Part shown: positions 9,160 through 18,479 of the stretch, one piece after another
How positions within the stretch are numbered: the stretch's first letter is position 1
Layout: each line of letters begins with the position of its first letter
Sequence record: LR756501.1
Reading direction: 5' to 3' (one strand)
Length of the DNA: 64,000 nt
Program-made: the position numbers and the translations under genes
The notes under the pieces: generated by a model
What the model was told of the DNA's origin: nothing
The model's input: the letters and a program-made list of their open reading frames with translations, nothing else
The model's database searches: none

Positions 9160-10332
9160 ATGGCCACACAACTTGAGCAATTACCCATAAACATTGAGAA
9201 GTTAATGGATAAAGTTTACAAATTAACGTCGAAAACTTTTTTAGTTCCACCTATGCCTTCAATAGATATAAAACCTTTTCTTATGACTGATAGGCAAATA
9301 GCTAAGAAAATTATTCTGGTTACATCTGGTTCTATAACAGCTGCAGGAGAAATGATACAATCTGGCGGCGCCGCAGCTAGCGGTACAATAGCTGGAGCTA
9401 ATTCTCTTGGTGCTGGTATTAATCCAAGTGGATTAAATAACACAATGAATAGCAACGAGATGGCTATGGCTATGAATGCTTCTATGATGCTTGGTCAATA
9501 TGTTACACCAGAATCTGCTCACTTTATAGTTTACGGTAAATTTAAAAGAGACGCAAATGGTAAGTTAATAGATAATGAGGTTCTAGATCCAGATTGTGTA
9601 CTAACAAAAATAGCAATGCCTTCAACACATCCAACAATGTCCAGTATCAAAGTGATGATTTCCCAAGTTACTAAAGTTTTGAAAATGATGGGTATAAAAC
9701 AAGCACAATTATTAGATGATATCGCACAATCAACCATAGCAATCGCTGCCTCAATTACATCAATAGCTTCAGCTGCAGCCATATTGCCACCAGGCGCAGG
9801 TATCCCTGTAGCCTTCGCTGCTTTTCAAGGATTAATGGCAAATATAATGGCTCTAGTGGCTAAAATACCTGGAGTAACACAGGATATGGAATACTTAAAT
9901 TATCTCCCTCTTTTAGTAGAGATAGAAAAAATAGATGCGGTTATAGGGTTAGTAAATGTTCAAATAATTGCACTTAATACTATATTAAGCACAATAGACG
10001 GATTAACTAAAATTTTACCTAGTGTTCCAACACCACCAGGAGTTGGTAACGAACCAGGTAATCCAGTTACAATAGAAGTTACTGCCACACCAAACTCAAT
10101 TACACGTGGTGTACCTATTGGTGGTCAAGACGTTACATTGAAAGCAACTGCTTCAAATGGGTCCTGGGAATTTGATTACAACTGGAGTGGTCCTAATGGA
10201 TTTAATTGGGACGAAAAAGAAGTAACCATACAAGGTGGACCATTTGAAACTAGCACATATACCTGTACTGCTACAGATAAAAAAGATAGTGCCAACAGTG
10301 CTTCTGGTAGTGTAACTGTTACAGTTAATTAA
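9160..10332 (+). CDS. hypothetical, possibly virion protein with C-terminal Ig/PKD-like domain
   Basis: Hydrophobic helical middle; C-terminal ..VTLKATAS..YNWSGPNGF..TYTCTATD..VTVTVN. Confidence 0.6.
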   Translation: MATQLEQLPINIEKLMDKVYKLTSKTFLVPPMPSIDIKPFLMTDRQIAKKIILVTSGSITAAGEMIQSGGAAASGTIAGANSLGAGINPSGLNNTMNSNEMAMAMNASMMLGQYVTPESAHFIVYGKFKRDANGKLIDNEVLDPDCVLTKIAMPSTHPTMSSIKVMISQVTKVLKMMGIKQAQLLDDIAQSTIAIAASITSIASAAAILPPGAGIPVAFAAFQGLMANIMALVAKIPGVTQDMEYLNYLPLLVEIEKIDAVIGLVNVQIIALNTILSTIDGLTKILPSVPTPPGVGNEPGNPVTIEVTATPNSITRGVPIGGQDVTLKATASNGSWEFDYNWSGPNGFNWDEKEVTIQGGPFETSTYTCTATDKKDSANSASGSVTVTVN

Positions 10333-11081
10333 AGATCAATCTTGTAGAAAGTATCACACACAGCGTTACAATCACAATAAGTGACTTTGGTGAGATCATA
10401 GAAATCATAGGTCTTAGGACAAGCTACTGGAGTATGTCCAACAATCTGATGATAACCAGCTAAAGGCTTGGTATAAGTTTCGATTTTATCAGCCCAAAGA
10501 GGTCCACCAACTTTATTATGTCCACCACGATGATGGCTAACCATAAAGATAGCAGGATGCCTGAAATCATACATCAAATTCAAAAGGTCTGCGATATTCT
10601 TACAGTCTCCAAGAAAATCCCTGAAACGAGTTTCCTCAGTTCCATTAAGAATTGGTTGAACATAATATTGATACCAACCTTTATGAATACCAGCGTGAGT
10701 CCAAATAGTATTCTTGTACTGGTAAGCGATTTTAAACAACTCACGATTTTCGTGAAAGATCTGGTAAAGATCTGGTCCCATCTCTGGACGATGTCCACTG
10801 ATAGCATTATCATTCATGATATAAGCAACATCGTGATTACCAAGAAGTAGCTCAACATTATCTGGATAGTCTTTCTTTAACTGGATGATTTCCTTTAAGT
10901 TATGGAGGATTTCAACGTTGGTTAAGTTCCAATCGTCAACGTAATCACCGAGGAAGATAACTTTATCAATTGTGGTTCCTAAATAGCAATACATGATCTC
11001 CCCAGTGTCCTCGTTGATACGATAGACAGCGGTTTTCCACTTGTCGTGACCATGAACATCGCCAATTGTTAAGAAACGCAT
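10329..11081 (-). CDS. calcineurin-like metallophosphoesterase
   Basis: GDVHG, GDYVD, GNHD, HAG, GHT. Confidence 0.9.
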   Translation of the reverse strand: MRFLTIGDVHGHDKWKTAVYRINEDTGEIMYCYLGTTIDKVIFLGDYVDDWNLTNVEILHNLKEIIQLKKDYPDNVELLLGNHDVAYIMNDNAISGHRPEMGPDLYQIFHENRELFKIAYQYKNTIWTHAGIHKGWYQYYVQPILNGTEETRFRDFLGDCKNIADLLNLMYDFRHPAIFMVSHHRGGHNKVGGPLWADKIETYTKPLAGYHQIVGHTPVACPKTYDFYDLTKVTYCDCNAVCDTFYKIDL

Positions 11082-11098
11082 AATTGTAATTATTTGTA

Positions 11099-11106
11099 CA
11101 AAGATA
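11099..11106 (-). promoter_or_regulatory. Bacteroidota-type -7 box TATCTTTG
   Basis: 17 nt upstream of ATG 11081. Confidence 0.55.
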
Positions 11107-11130
11107 AAGAAATAAAATTAATTAAAAAAA

Positions 11131-12645
11131 TTAACTGGTCTTTTTACGAAACCTTCCCATTTTATCCCTGTAATAAGTTGGATGATAATCTTCTTTATCC
11201 TGGTTTTCACCCCATTCATCAAGGTTTTCAACAGGTTTAATTCTTGGTTGTAATTGATCTTTTTCATCTGAAATTTTAGTGTTCTGAGCAATAACAACTT
11301 TTGGTTCTGGTTGAGCCACTGGTTGAACAACAGGTTGTTCAACTTTATCAGTTAGATTATTAAGATCTTCTTCTGTTAAATAAAAACTACCTCTTTCATC
11401 GTGAGGTGGCATTGTGCTTCTTTGTGCCATAATAAGTTTTCCGTCAGCGTCAATATTTTTAGCCCAAGTGTAATGTGGGAAATAATGGCACATTGCTTCG
11501 TATTCTTCATTTGTTAAAGGTCTTTTAAATGGTTGTTTTGGATTAACTGTCCCATTTGGAGATTTTCTTGGATCAATATCTATCTTAGGCGTATGAGACT
11601 TTTCTTCTTCTAATCTTTGTTTAACAAATTGTTTAGGACAAAAAGCGTGATAAGTGTTTACCCAACTATAATTGTTATAAGGTGGAGGTAAACTACTTGG
11701 GTTATCAGTTAATAGATTATGTTCAAAATTAACATACATTGAATCAAATGGGCAATAATAAGTGAATCTTGTTTCTAATGATATACACAATCCACTATAA
11801 TTAGGACCGCCCTGTTTTACTACAGCATTTGGATATTTCTTTCTTAAATAATCTAACATCATAACATCATATTTACCACTCACACCGTAATAATTTCCCC
11901 ACACAGTATGAAATTCGCCCTTCTTATATAATTTACTATCACATACCTGAATACCTTGTTGAAAAGATCTTCTAGCCATAATAACTCCGTTATCCCAAAC
12001 TACAACAACACCACATTGATCAGGATTTTTAGTATAAATATCGAATTCACTAACCTTAGGTTCTGTATATTTACCAAATTGATTCTCAGCCTGATGGAAA
12101 TTAGCACAACTATATCCAAAATTCTTTGATAATTCATTCTTATAGTTATAAGCTCTTAAAGAATCCATACCTCTGAATTCCTCAACTCTACAAGACGTAT
12201 CTTTTACACTTGCTAACTTGTTCACAAAAGCTTCAATATCAGTTTGTTTAATGTTGGTATTAATATATGATTCGTTGAAAATTTCCTTTAGAACTTTAGT
12301 TGCTTTCATTTTAACTCTTCTTGTGGAAGACCATTTATCTGGTGATTCGTCGAAATATCTTGATTTCAAAAAAGAAATATTACCTTCGTCGTCTATATCA
12401 AGATAGTTAACTGGATCTTTTGCTAAATATTTCCTAGTTACTCCGCCTTCTAATTTTGATAAAAGTTCGGCGACTTTATAACTGTCTTTCATAGAAGAAA
12501 TCAATTTCTTTAATTTTTCAGATATATGAAAATTGACTACTTCTTCTGGATCTATCGCAACAGGTTCAGGTCTAACAAATTCAGGTCTAGCACCTTGATC
12601 TAAACCTTCGTCTAAAAATTGTAAAAATTTTCTAATTCTAGTCAT
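11131..12645 (-). CDS. hypothetical protein, paralog of 12652-13983
   Basis: Shared LKSRYF, RAYNY, CANFHQ, RRSFQQG, YCPFDSM; leader MTRIRKFLQFLDE. Confidence 0.75.
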   Translation of the reverse strand: MTRIRKFLQFLDEGLDQGARPEFVRPEPVAIDPEEVVNFHISEKLKKLISSMKDSYKVAELLSKLEGGVTRKYLAKDPVNYLDIDDEGNISFLKSRYFDESPDKWSSTRRVKMKATKVLKEIFNESYINTNIKQTDIEAFVNKLASVKDTSCRVEEFRGMDSLRAYNYKNELSKNFGYSCANFHQAENQFGKYTEPKVSEFDIYTKNPDQCGVVVVWDNGVIMARRSFQQGIQVCDSKLYKKGEFHTVWGNYYGVSGKYDVMMLDYLRKKYPNAVVKQGGPNYSGLCISLETRFTYYCPFDSMYVNFEHNLLTDNPSSLPPPYNNYSWVNTYHAFCPKQFVKQRLEEEKSHTPKIDIDPRKSPNGTVNPKQPFKRPLTNEEYEAMCHYFPHYTWAKNIDADGKLIMAQRSTMPPHDERGSFYLTEEDLNNLTDKVEQPVVQPVAQPEPKVVIAQNTKISDEKDQLQPRIKPVENLDEWGENQDKEDYHPTYYRDKMGRFRKKTS

Positions 12646-12651
12646 ATATAA

Positions 12652-13983
12652 TTATTTCTTTTCTTCTTCAACGTGTTTAATATTTTTAGGATTACAAGCA
12701 AATAACTTACCTGTATCGTCCCATCTTATTCTATATTTACCGTCTTCACGTGTTTCAACAAAGACTGCTGTTTTACCAAAATAATCTGGCTTTTCAGCTA
12801 CAGCTATCACCTCTTCTTCTTTAGCTTTACCAGCCCTTGGAGCCTTTGGGGCCTTAGGTGCTTTAGGTTGTCTCACGTAAACAACTTTTTCACCAGGTAA
12901 GAATGGTCTTGGTGGTGGAGGTGGTGGTGGTACCTCGGGCATTGGTTCTGGCTCTAATTCACCCTTTTCTTCTCTTATTCTTCTATTTACTAAATCTTTA
13001 GGGCAATGAGCGTGGTATGTTCCCATCCATTTTAAATTTTTTGGGTACCCTTCTTTTTCTAATTCTTTGTTTGCACCACCATATCCATCAGATAATAAAT
13101 TGTATTCAAAACAAACACTCATACTATCAAACGGACAGTATTCAGCAAATCTTGTCTCCATCTTTATAACAAAATCACCGTGACCCATTGATACGGCGTT
13201 GTATTTATTTACAAGATAATCAGTTACTAATTTATCAAATTTTCCACCTCTGCCAGCTACACCGTAACCGTTACCATATACTGTAGCTAAATCTCCCTTT
13301 TTAAATCTTCCACTGGTTATTAAGTTAGCACCTTGTTGGAAAGAACGTCTGTACATAACTTTACCATTTTCCATAATTACAACAACACCACAATTCGCTG
13401 GATTTTTCACGTAAACATCGTATTGTGCTAGTGTTGGCTCAGCGTGACCACCAAAATTATTTTTTCTTTGATGAAAATTAGCACAAGTATAACCAAAATC
13501 CTTGGCACATTCTTCTGTGTAATTATAAGCTCTAAGTAAATCTTTTCCTCTCCATTCTAATATTTGAACACCTTTACTGGCTTTCATTGCGGCCAATTTA
13601 GCAAGATACGTTTCAACATCTGTGTCCTTAATATTGGCTTTTGAAAAAGCTTCACTATACGTATCTCTTAGTACTTTTCCTGTTTTTTGTTTTATTCTTC
13701 TTTTTGTAGCCCAAACATCACCATCGGCGAAATATCTGGACTTTAAATAACTAGTGTAATCACCGATATCTTCTATTTCAAAATAGTCCGCAGGGTCCTT
13801 TGATAAGTCTGTCCTATTCACACCTTCACCCAACTTTAAAAACAAATCAGCGATCTTATATTCTTTCCTTAGAGGAGTTAAAAACTTAATCATCTTATCA
13901 GACAAATGGAGTTTAACCACATCTGGTTCACCTACTCCGTCTTCAACTAGCTCATTCAAAAACTGACCGTATTTCTTTATCAT
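12652..13983 (-). CDS. hypothetical protein, paralog of 11131-12645
   Basis: Same motifs; leader MIKKYGQFLNE; Pro-rich linker and C-terminal SH3-like segment. Confidence 0.75.
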   Translation of the reverse strand: MIKKYGQFLNELVEDGVGEPDVVKLHLSDKMIKFLTPLRKEYKIADLFLKLGEGVNRTDLSKDPADYFEIEDIGDYTSYLKSRYFADGDVWATKRRIKQKTGKVLRDTYSEAFSKANIKDTDVETYLAKLAAMKASKGVQILEWRGKDLLRAYNYTEECAKDFGYTCANFHQRKNNFGGHAEPTLAQYDVYVKNPANCGVVVIMENGKVMYRRSFQQGANLITSGRFKKGDLATVYGNGYGVAGRGGKFDKLVTDYLVNKYNAVSMGHGDFVIKMETRFAEYCPFDSMSVCFEYNLLSDGYGGANKELEKEGYPKNLKWMGTYHAHCPKDLVNRRIREEKGELEPEPMPEVPPPPPPPRPFLPGEKVVYVRQPKAPKAPKAPRAGKAKEEEVIAVAEKPDYFGKTAVFVETREDGKYRIRWDDTGKLFACNPKNIKHVEEEKK

Positions 13984-13998
13984 AGCTTTTTTTATTTA

Positions 13999-14760
13999 TT
14001 ATCTAGCCATCTTAAACCAAGATGTCGTACTTTGTTCTTTTATGTATGTTTTTACTTCTTCCACCATTTCCTTACCCTGTGTTATAATATCATTAGCGTT
14101 ATATGTAAAGTTACCAGGCATATTGAAATTAAACCTACCCAACAATTCACCCATTCTCGCTCTACATGTTCCAATTATAAATCTTTTAAACATTTCAAAA
14201 TCAAAGAGTTCTTCTTCCTGAATTCTTACCCAACATTCTAACATGAGGTTAGATTGATCTTCAATTGCTGATAAGAAGTGTAATCTTTTATTAATATGGT
14301 TAAAGTTATGAGCAATAGTATTTTTAGTAAGTTTGTTTATTTCATCAGCGAAATAACTGATAGTTGAACGATATAAAGCTAAATCACCAGCAGTAGTTAC
14401 AAATGAAGTTAAGAATGGTTGGTTAGTTACACCTAGGTTTATTGAGAGGTTAGGTGCTTGAATACCTAATCTAAACAAGGATGTATCTTCCATTTTAACA
14501 ATTTTGGTGATGGCTTCTACTTCTTCAGGTAATTGGAAGTATTGGAAAGTCGCGTATGTTTCACGCATAAGGTGGTCGTATTTAACAAAATAGTAAAATT
14601 TTTGAACAGCGAATTGGTAATTCTTGTAGAACCATTCTAGAGTAATTTCTTTGATCATACGTTTGACTTCTTGATCTGGCAACACTTTTGGAAGAGCCCC
14701 AGAGAAAGTTAAATCTTGTTGAACTATATCTATTAATTGTTCTAAAGTAATTGAAGCCAT
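13999..14760 (-). CDS. neck/head-completion protein, T4 gp13-like
   Basis: C-terminal LLGRFNFNMPGNFTYNANDIITQG resembles the gp13 L-G-x-x-x-x-L-P-G-G-x-T pattern. Confidence 0.65.
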   Translation of the reverse strand: MASITLEQLIDIVQQDLTFSGALPKVLPDQEVKRMIKEITLEWFYKNYQFAVQKFYYFVKYDHLMRETYATFQYFQLPEEVEAITKIVKMEDTSLFRLGIQAPNLSINLGVTNQPFLTSFVTTAGDLALYRSTISYFADEINKLTKNTIAHNFNHINKRLHFLSAIEDQSNLMLECWVRIQEEELFDFEMFKRFIIGTCRARMGELLGRFNFNMPGNFTYNANDIITQGKEMVEEVKTYIKEQSTTSWFKMAR

Positions 14761-14779
14761 ATAGTAATGTCTTTTTTTC

Positions 14780-14866
14780 TATATATTAATTTATAATTAT
14801 CATTTTATAATTTTGCTTATAGCTTCTTTTATATATTAAAAAATGATTACGAACTTTTAATATATA
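14780..14866. promoter_or_regulatory. divergent TAATATATA boxes (14780-14788 -, 14830-14838 -, 14858-14866 +)
   Basis: Intergenic between divergent genes. Confidence 0.45.
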
Positions 14867-14882
14867 AAAATAAAAATCTGCA

Positions 14883-15479
14883 ATGAAGGTGATAAAGTTC
14901 TCTGACTACTTAAAAGAATCCCAGAACATAAGTCAAAACGACGGAATATTAGTCGTTGTTGACGTTCAAAAACAATTTGATAAATTCATCCCACAAAACT
15001 TCGAACAAAACATATCCAAGTACTGCGAAGAATTTCCTAAAGACGATAATACAGGTAAAGGAGTTTACCAAATATGGGACGCCAACAAAGCTCAGAACTT
15101 TAGTTATAACTTTCCTAACACTATACAGACAGTTAAGAAGAACTACGGAACTAAATTTGATAATGGTATTAAACAAATAGCAGATAACCTTCTTAAACAA
15201 AACCCGAAAGTGGGAGCCAAGTTCAAACTCAACAATAAAAATGCTTACCTTATCAGAGTTGATAATAACCATAAATGGTTCTATGTTAATGAAGATCTTT
15301 ATAGTCTTTATCTTAAATTGAAAGGAAAGAGTATTGTATTGGTTGGTGGAGCAGACGATGAATGTTTAGAAGATGTTTACGTATCTATGAAAGCGTTTGG
15401 AGTAAATCCAACATATAATCACGATTACATATATGACGCACAAAATAATGATAAACAGGTAGCCGCGCCAAAAAAATAG
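14883..15479 (+). CDS. isochorismatase/cysteine hydrolase-like protein
   Basis: ILVVVDVQKQF and IVLVGGADDECL; leader MKVIKFSDYLKE. Confidence 0.55.
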   Translation: MKVIKFSDYLKESQNISQNDGILVVVDVQKQFDKFIPQNFEQNISKYCEEFPKDDNTGKGVYQIWDANKAQNFSYNFPNTIQTVKKNYGTKFDNGIKQIADNLLKQNPKVGAKFKLNNKNAYLIRVDNNHKWFYVNEDLYSLYLKLKGKSIVLVGGADDECLEDVYVSMKAFGVNPTYNHDYIYDAQNNDKQVAAPKK

Positions 15480-15485
15480 ACATAA

Positions 15486-15513
15486 AAAAAGGGAACCAAT
15501 TGGTTCCCTTTTT
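15486..15513. terminator. bidirectional intrinsic terminator
   Basis: AAAAAGGGAACC-aatt-GGTTCCCTTTTT between convergent genes. Confidence 0.85.
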
Positions 15514-15529
15514 CATTTAGTAAGACTTC

Positions 15530-16609
15530 TTACTTTTTACCTGATAAAGCGTTGATGTCCATTAAGAACATATTTCCACCGCTTCCACCTTTATCACCAC
15601 CGCCCGTCATAAGAACGTTAGGTACCTGTGATCCACCAGCAGCCCAAGCATTAATCCATTCGAGGACAATAATCTTTGGGTTCTGATTGATAGCATTACC
15701 CTTGATTTTGAGGGCTTCTGCTTCACCCTGCGCACCCTGGATAACGATATCCTTGTCGATCTTAGCCTGAGTCAACAACTCATTCTTCTGCTTAGTTACT
15801 TCAATCAAAGTAAGAGCCTTCTGTTCCTGAACTTTTTTGTTCTTGATTTCAGCTTCGTACTGAGGATCGTAGTAAACTTCACGAATATCAATCTGATCAA
15901 GAATGATTCTCCAAGAAGCCAATTCGAACTTCATTTTCTTCAAAACTTTATCCTGAATTTCCTGACGTTTCATAGAATAAACCTGAATAGGTGTATATTC
16001 TGATACAACAAGAGCAAGACAAGATTTCAGTTTAGCTCTAATAACGTTCTCTTCAATCCAAAGATAACGAGAATTCTCATTACCATCCTGAGGAGTTACG
16101 TTCTGGTAAATCCAAGGAGCCTGATTTCCATCAATTTTCCAAGAAGCTGAAATATCGAAACCCATCTTGATACCTTCCGAAGTAGGTGCCCAAATAGCGT
16201 CATCGTCTACTTTCTGTCCTTCTTTAGCTGCCTTAGCACAAGTGTAAACCCAAACGGTTTTATCCATCATATGAATATCCCACCAAGGCATAACTACACG
16301 CCATCCTGTATGAACGGCTTCCTGTTTAACACCAGTAGGTGTAGTAATAACACCAACACTTTGTCCGTCTACTTTCACAACAAAAATCCAAAACAGGAAA
16401 AACAAAACAAACATTATTCCTGAAATAATACTAATTGGAAGAGTAAAAGGGAGATCAATTTGAGGAGGTGCGTTCTTTCCTCTGTTTCCCCCAGCGGCTT
16501 GTGTTTTTAAGAAATCTTCACGATTCATTTTTGAAACTTTGTTGGTAATCGCTCCACCAACACCATAAAGTAGCCCCAAAAAGGCTATAATCACTAATAT
16601 TGCTACCAT
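15530..16609 (-). CDS. SPFH/Band 7/prohibitin family membrane protein
   Basis: N-terminal hydrophobic segments, GWRVVMPWW, REIQDKV, AQGEAEA, WDG-like tail WAAGGSQVP. Confidence 0.85.
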   Translation of the reverse strand: MVAILVIIAFLGLLYGVGGAITNKVSKMNREDFLKTQAAGGNRGKNAPPQIDLPFTLPISIISGIMFVLFFLFWIFVVKVDGQSVGVITTPTGVKQEAVHTGWRVVMPWWDIHMMDKTVWVYTCAKAAKEGQKVDDDAIWAPTSEGIKMGFDISASWKIDGNQAPWIYQNVTPQDGNENSRYLWIEENVIRAKLKSCLALVVSEYTPIQVYSMKRQEIQDKVLKKMKFELASWRIILDQIDIREVYYDPQYEAEIKNKKVQEQKALTLIEVTKQKNELLTQAKIDKDIVIQGAQGEAEALKIKGNAINQNPKIIVLEWINAWAAGGSQVPNVLMTGGGDKGGSGGNMFLMDINALSGKK

Positions 16610-16676
16610 TTTTTTATTGGTATTAATAAATTGTCTACTCTGTTCACCATTTTCGACATCCTGGTTTTTGATAACA

Positions 16677-16684
16677 CAAATTTA
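16677..16684 (-). promoter_or_regulatory. Bacteroidota-type -7 box TAAATTTG
   Basis: TAnnTTTG; downstream TGTTATCAAA shared with the box at 3596. Confidence 0.5.
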
Positions 16685-16762
16685 AGACGATTTTTGATTA
16701 AAAAAAAATAATCGATGAAATTTATTTCACAACTCATTATACGACGAAAAAATTGTAAAGTT

Positions 16763-18397
16763 TTACTGACTATAAATTTTATCGTAAAACCTTGTTATTA
16801 CATCTATTATTTTCTTTATCTTACCTTCTTTCCTTAACTTCTTGAAAACTAAATTCTCAATAGAAAATTCTCCTTCTTCTGTAAGACCTTCTTTTCTAGA
16901 CTTCATAATCTTAGATTTTAACTCATTGGCGTTTTCGTAATATTCTTCTGCTTCTTCGGGTGATAAATCTTGTTTAGATAACTTTTCATATTTAAGTATA
17001 TCATATACCCTAGCGTCGTACTTCACATTCACGTCTTTAGTATCTACATTGGGTGGATTGTAAACAGGCTTTGTTATCCATTCGTCATTTAATAACGAAT
17101 ACAAACCTGTTGCGTTATGTTCTTCTGTTTCATCTTGAATATACAACTCTACATCGTGTCCTTTAATGACTATATTATGCCTAAGGTTCCATATAAATCT
17201 TTGACCGTCAATAGCTTTCTTAACAAGATCAGTATCTTCATTAATATCTTTAAAATCACATACTATATGAACATCAATATCTGATTCTTCTGTATAGTTA
17301 TAATTTGCCATAGAACCAGTAAGATGAATATCTTTTATTTCTGTTTCTAATTCAACGTCGTTAAAGAAATCTTTTGCTATTTTAATAAGTTTTTCTCTTA
17401 TTCTTTCTATGAGTTTATCATCTTCCCATAAATCTTGGCAAAGAGTTTTCTTATAAGGAATTTTTCTTTCTAGTACAGCTTCTTTTCTTTTACACATTAA
17501 ATCTATTGTTCTATAATTACGTGTTTGTCCACCATCGAATCTAACGTCCCATTCAAATGCTTCTGGCCATGTTCTCTTTTTTGGCTTATTTAAAATAACA
17601 CCAATTCTTCCAACTAGTCCCCCATTTATCCCTCTACCTCTAGCGTAAAAACCATCTGGTCTCAATCTTACTTCCTCTCCTTGTTCAAATTTATAATCAT
17701 TTGGTGCTTCCATCCAAATATCATCGTAATCCCATTCTTCTTCACCATAAGGATCGAAATCATTATTTTCCTTCACATCGCTCCATTCTTCTTCACCATA
17801 TGGATCTTCTTTTGTATAAACCCTTTTTGTTTTTTTGACTTTTGGTTTTATTGTAAAAGTATCACAACCTTTACTATCAACTAAACAATAACCGTCTTCT
17901 GATTGACCAGAAGCGTAATCTTCATAAGAACAAGAATCACCGTTAAAGAATTTACATTCATAATCTTTAGACTCTTTTAGCATATCATCCCATTCTTCTT
18001 CCCCGTAAGGATCAAATTGTTTCATATCATCTAAGAATTTTTGTTTTGCTTCAGCCTTCCTTATTTTTTCTTCATCTCTTTCTTTTCTATTATTATTAAA
18101 TTCATTCTTTTTATCTTTATATTCTTTCTCAGTAGAATAAAGATCTTCTCTATTTATCCATTTAATCTCTTTCCCACTTTTCTTGTTTCTTAAAGCGTAC
18201 CAAATTAACCCATTACCATCCTCATATGTATTAATAACTTCGTTTTCACCGTAATATTTAGATAACATTTGAAATTCAGCAACGTACCAAACGGTATCAC
18301 CTTTCTTAAATTTACTAGCTCTTAAAAGATTAGATAACCTCTTATCAAATTCACTAAGCTCAAATTCTTCTTTTATAAATGAATTGTATTTTAACAT
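16763..18397 (-). CDS. multidomain protein: SH3-like modules, 3x DPYGEEEW, C-terminal Pol-beta-superfamily nucleotidyltransferase
   Basis: LTGSMANYNY..SDIDVH..DVELY = GS/DxD/third acid pattern. Confidence 0.8.
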   Translation of the reverse strand: MLKYNSFIKEEFELSEFDKRLSNLLRASKFKKGDTVWYVAEFQMLSKYYGENEVINTYEDGNGLIWYALRNKKSGKEIKWINREDLYSTEKEYKDKKNEFNNNRKERDEEKIRKAEAKQKFLDDMKQFDPYGEEEWDDMLKESKDYECKFFNGDSCSYEDYASGQSEDGYCLVDSKGCDTFTIKPKVKKTKRVYTKEDPYGEEEWSDVKENNDFDPYGEEEWDYDDIWMEAPNDYKFEQGEEVRLRPDGFYARGRGINGGLVGRIGVILNKPKKRTWPEAFEWDVRFDGGQTRNYRTIDLMCKRKEAVLERKIPYKKTLCQDLWEDDKLIERIREKLIKIAKDFFNDVELETEIKDIHLTGSMANYNYTEESDIDVHIVCDFKDINEDTDLVKKAIDGQRFIWNLRHNIVIKGHDVELYIQDETEEHNATGLYSLLNDEWITKPVYNPPNVDTKDVNVKYDARVYDILKYEKLSKQDLSPEEAEEYYENANELKSKIMKSRKEGLTEEGEFSIENLVFKKLRKEGKIKKIIDVITRFYDKIYSQ

Positions 18398-18402
18398 GCG
18401 AC

Positions 18403-18460
18403 TATATATTAAAAAGAGAAACTAAAAAAATAAACCTACTAGTTTTATATCTATATATAA
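18403..18460. promoter_or_regulatory. divergent ATATATA boxes (18403-18411 -, 18452-18460 +)
   Basis: Directly upstream of ATG 18397 and ATG 18480. Confidence 0.45.
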
Positions 18461-18479
18461 AAGAAAAACTATTTACACT

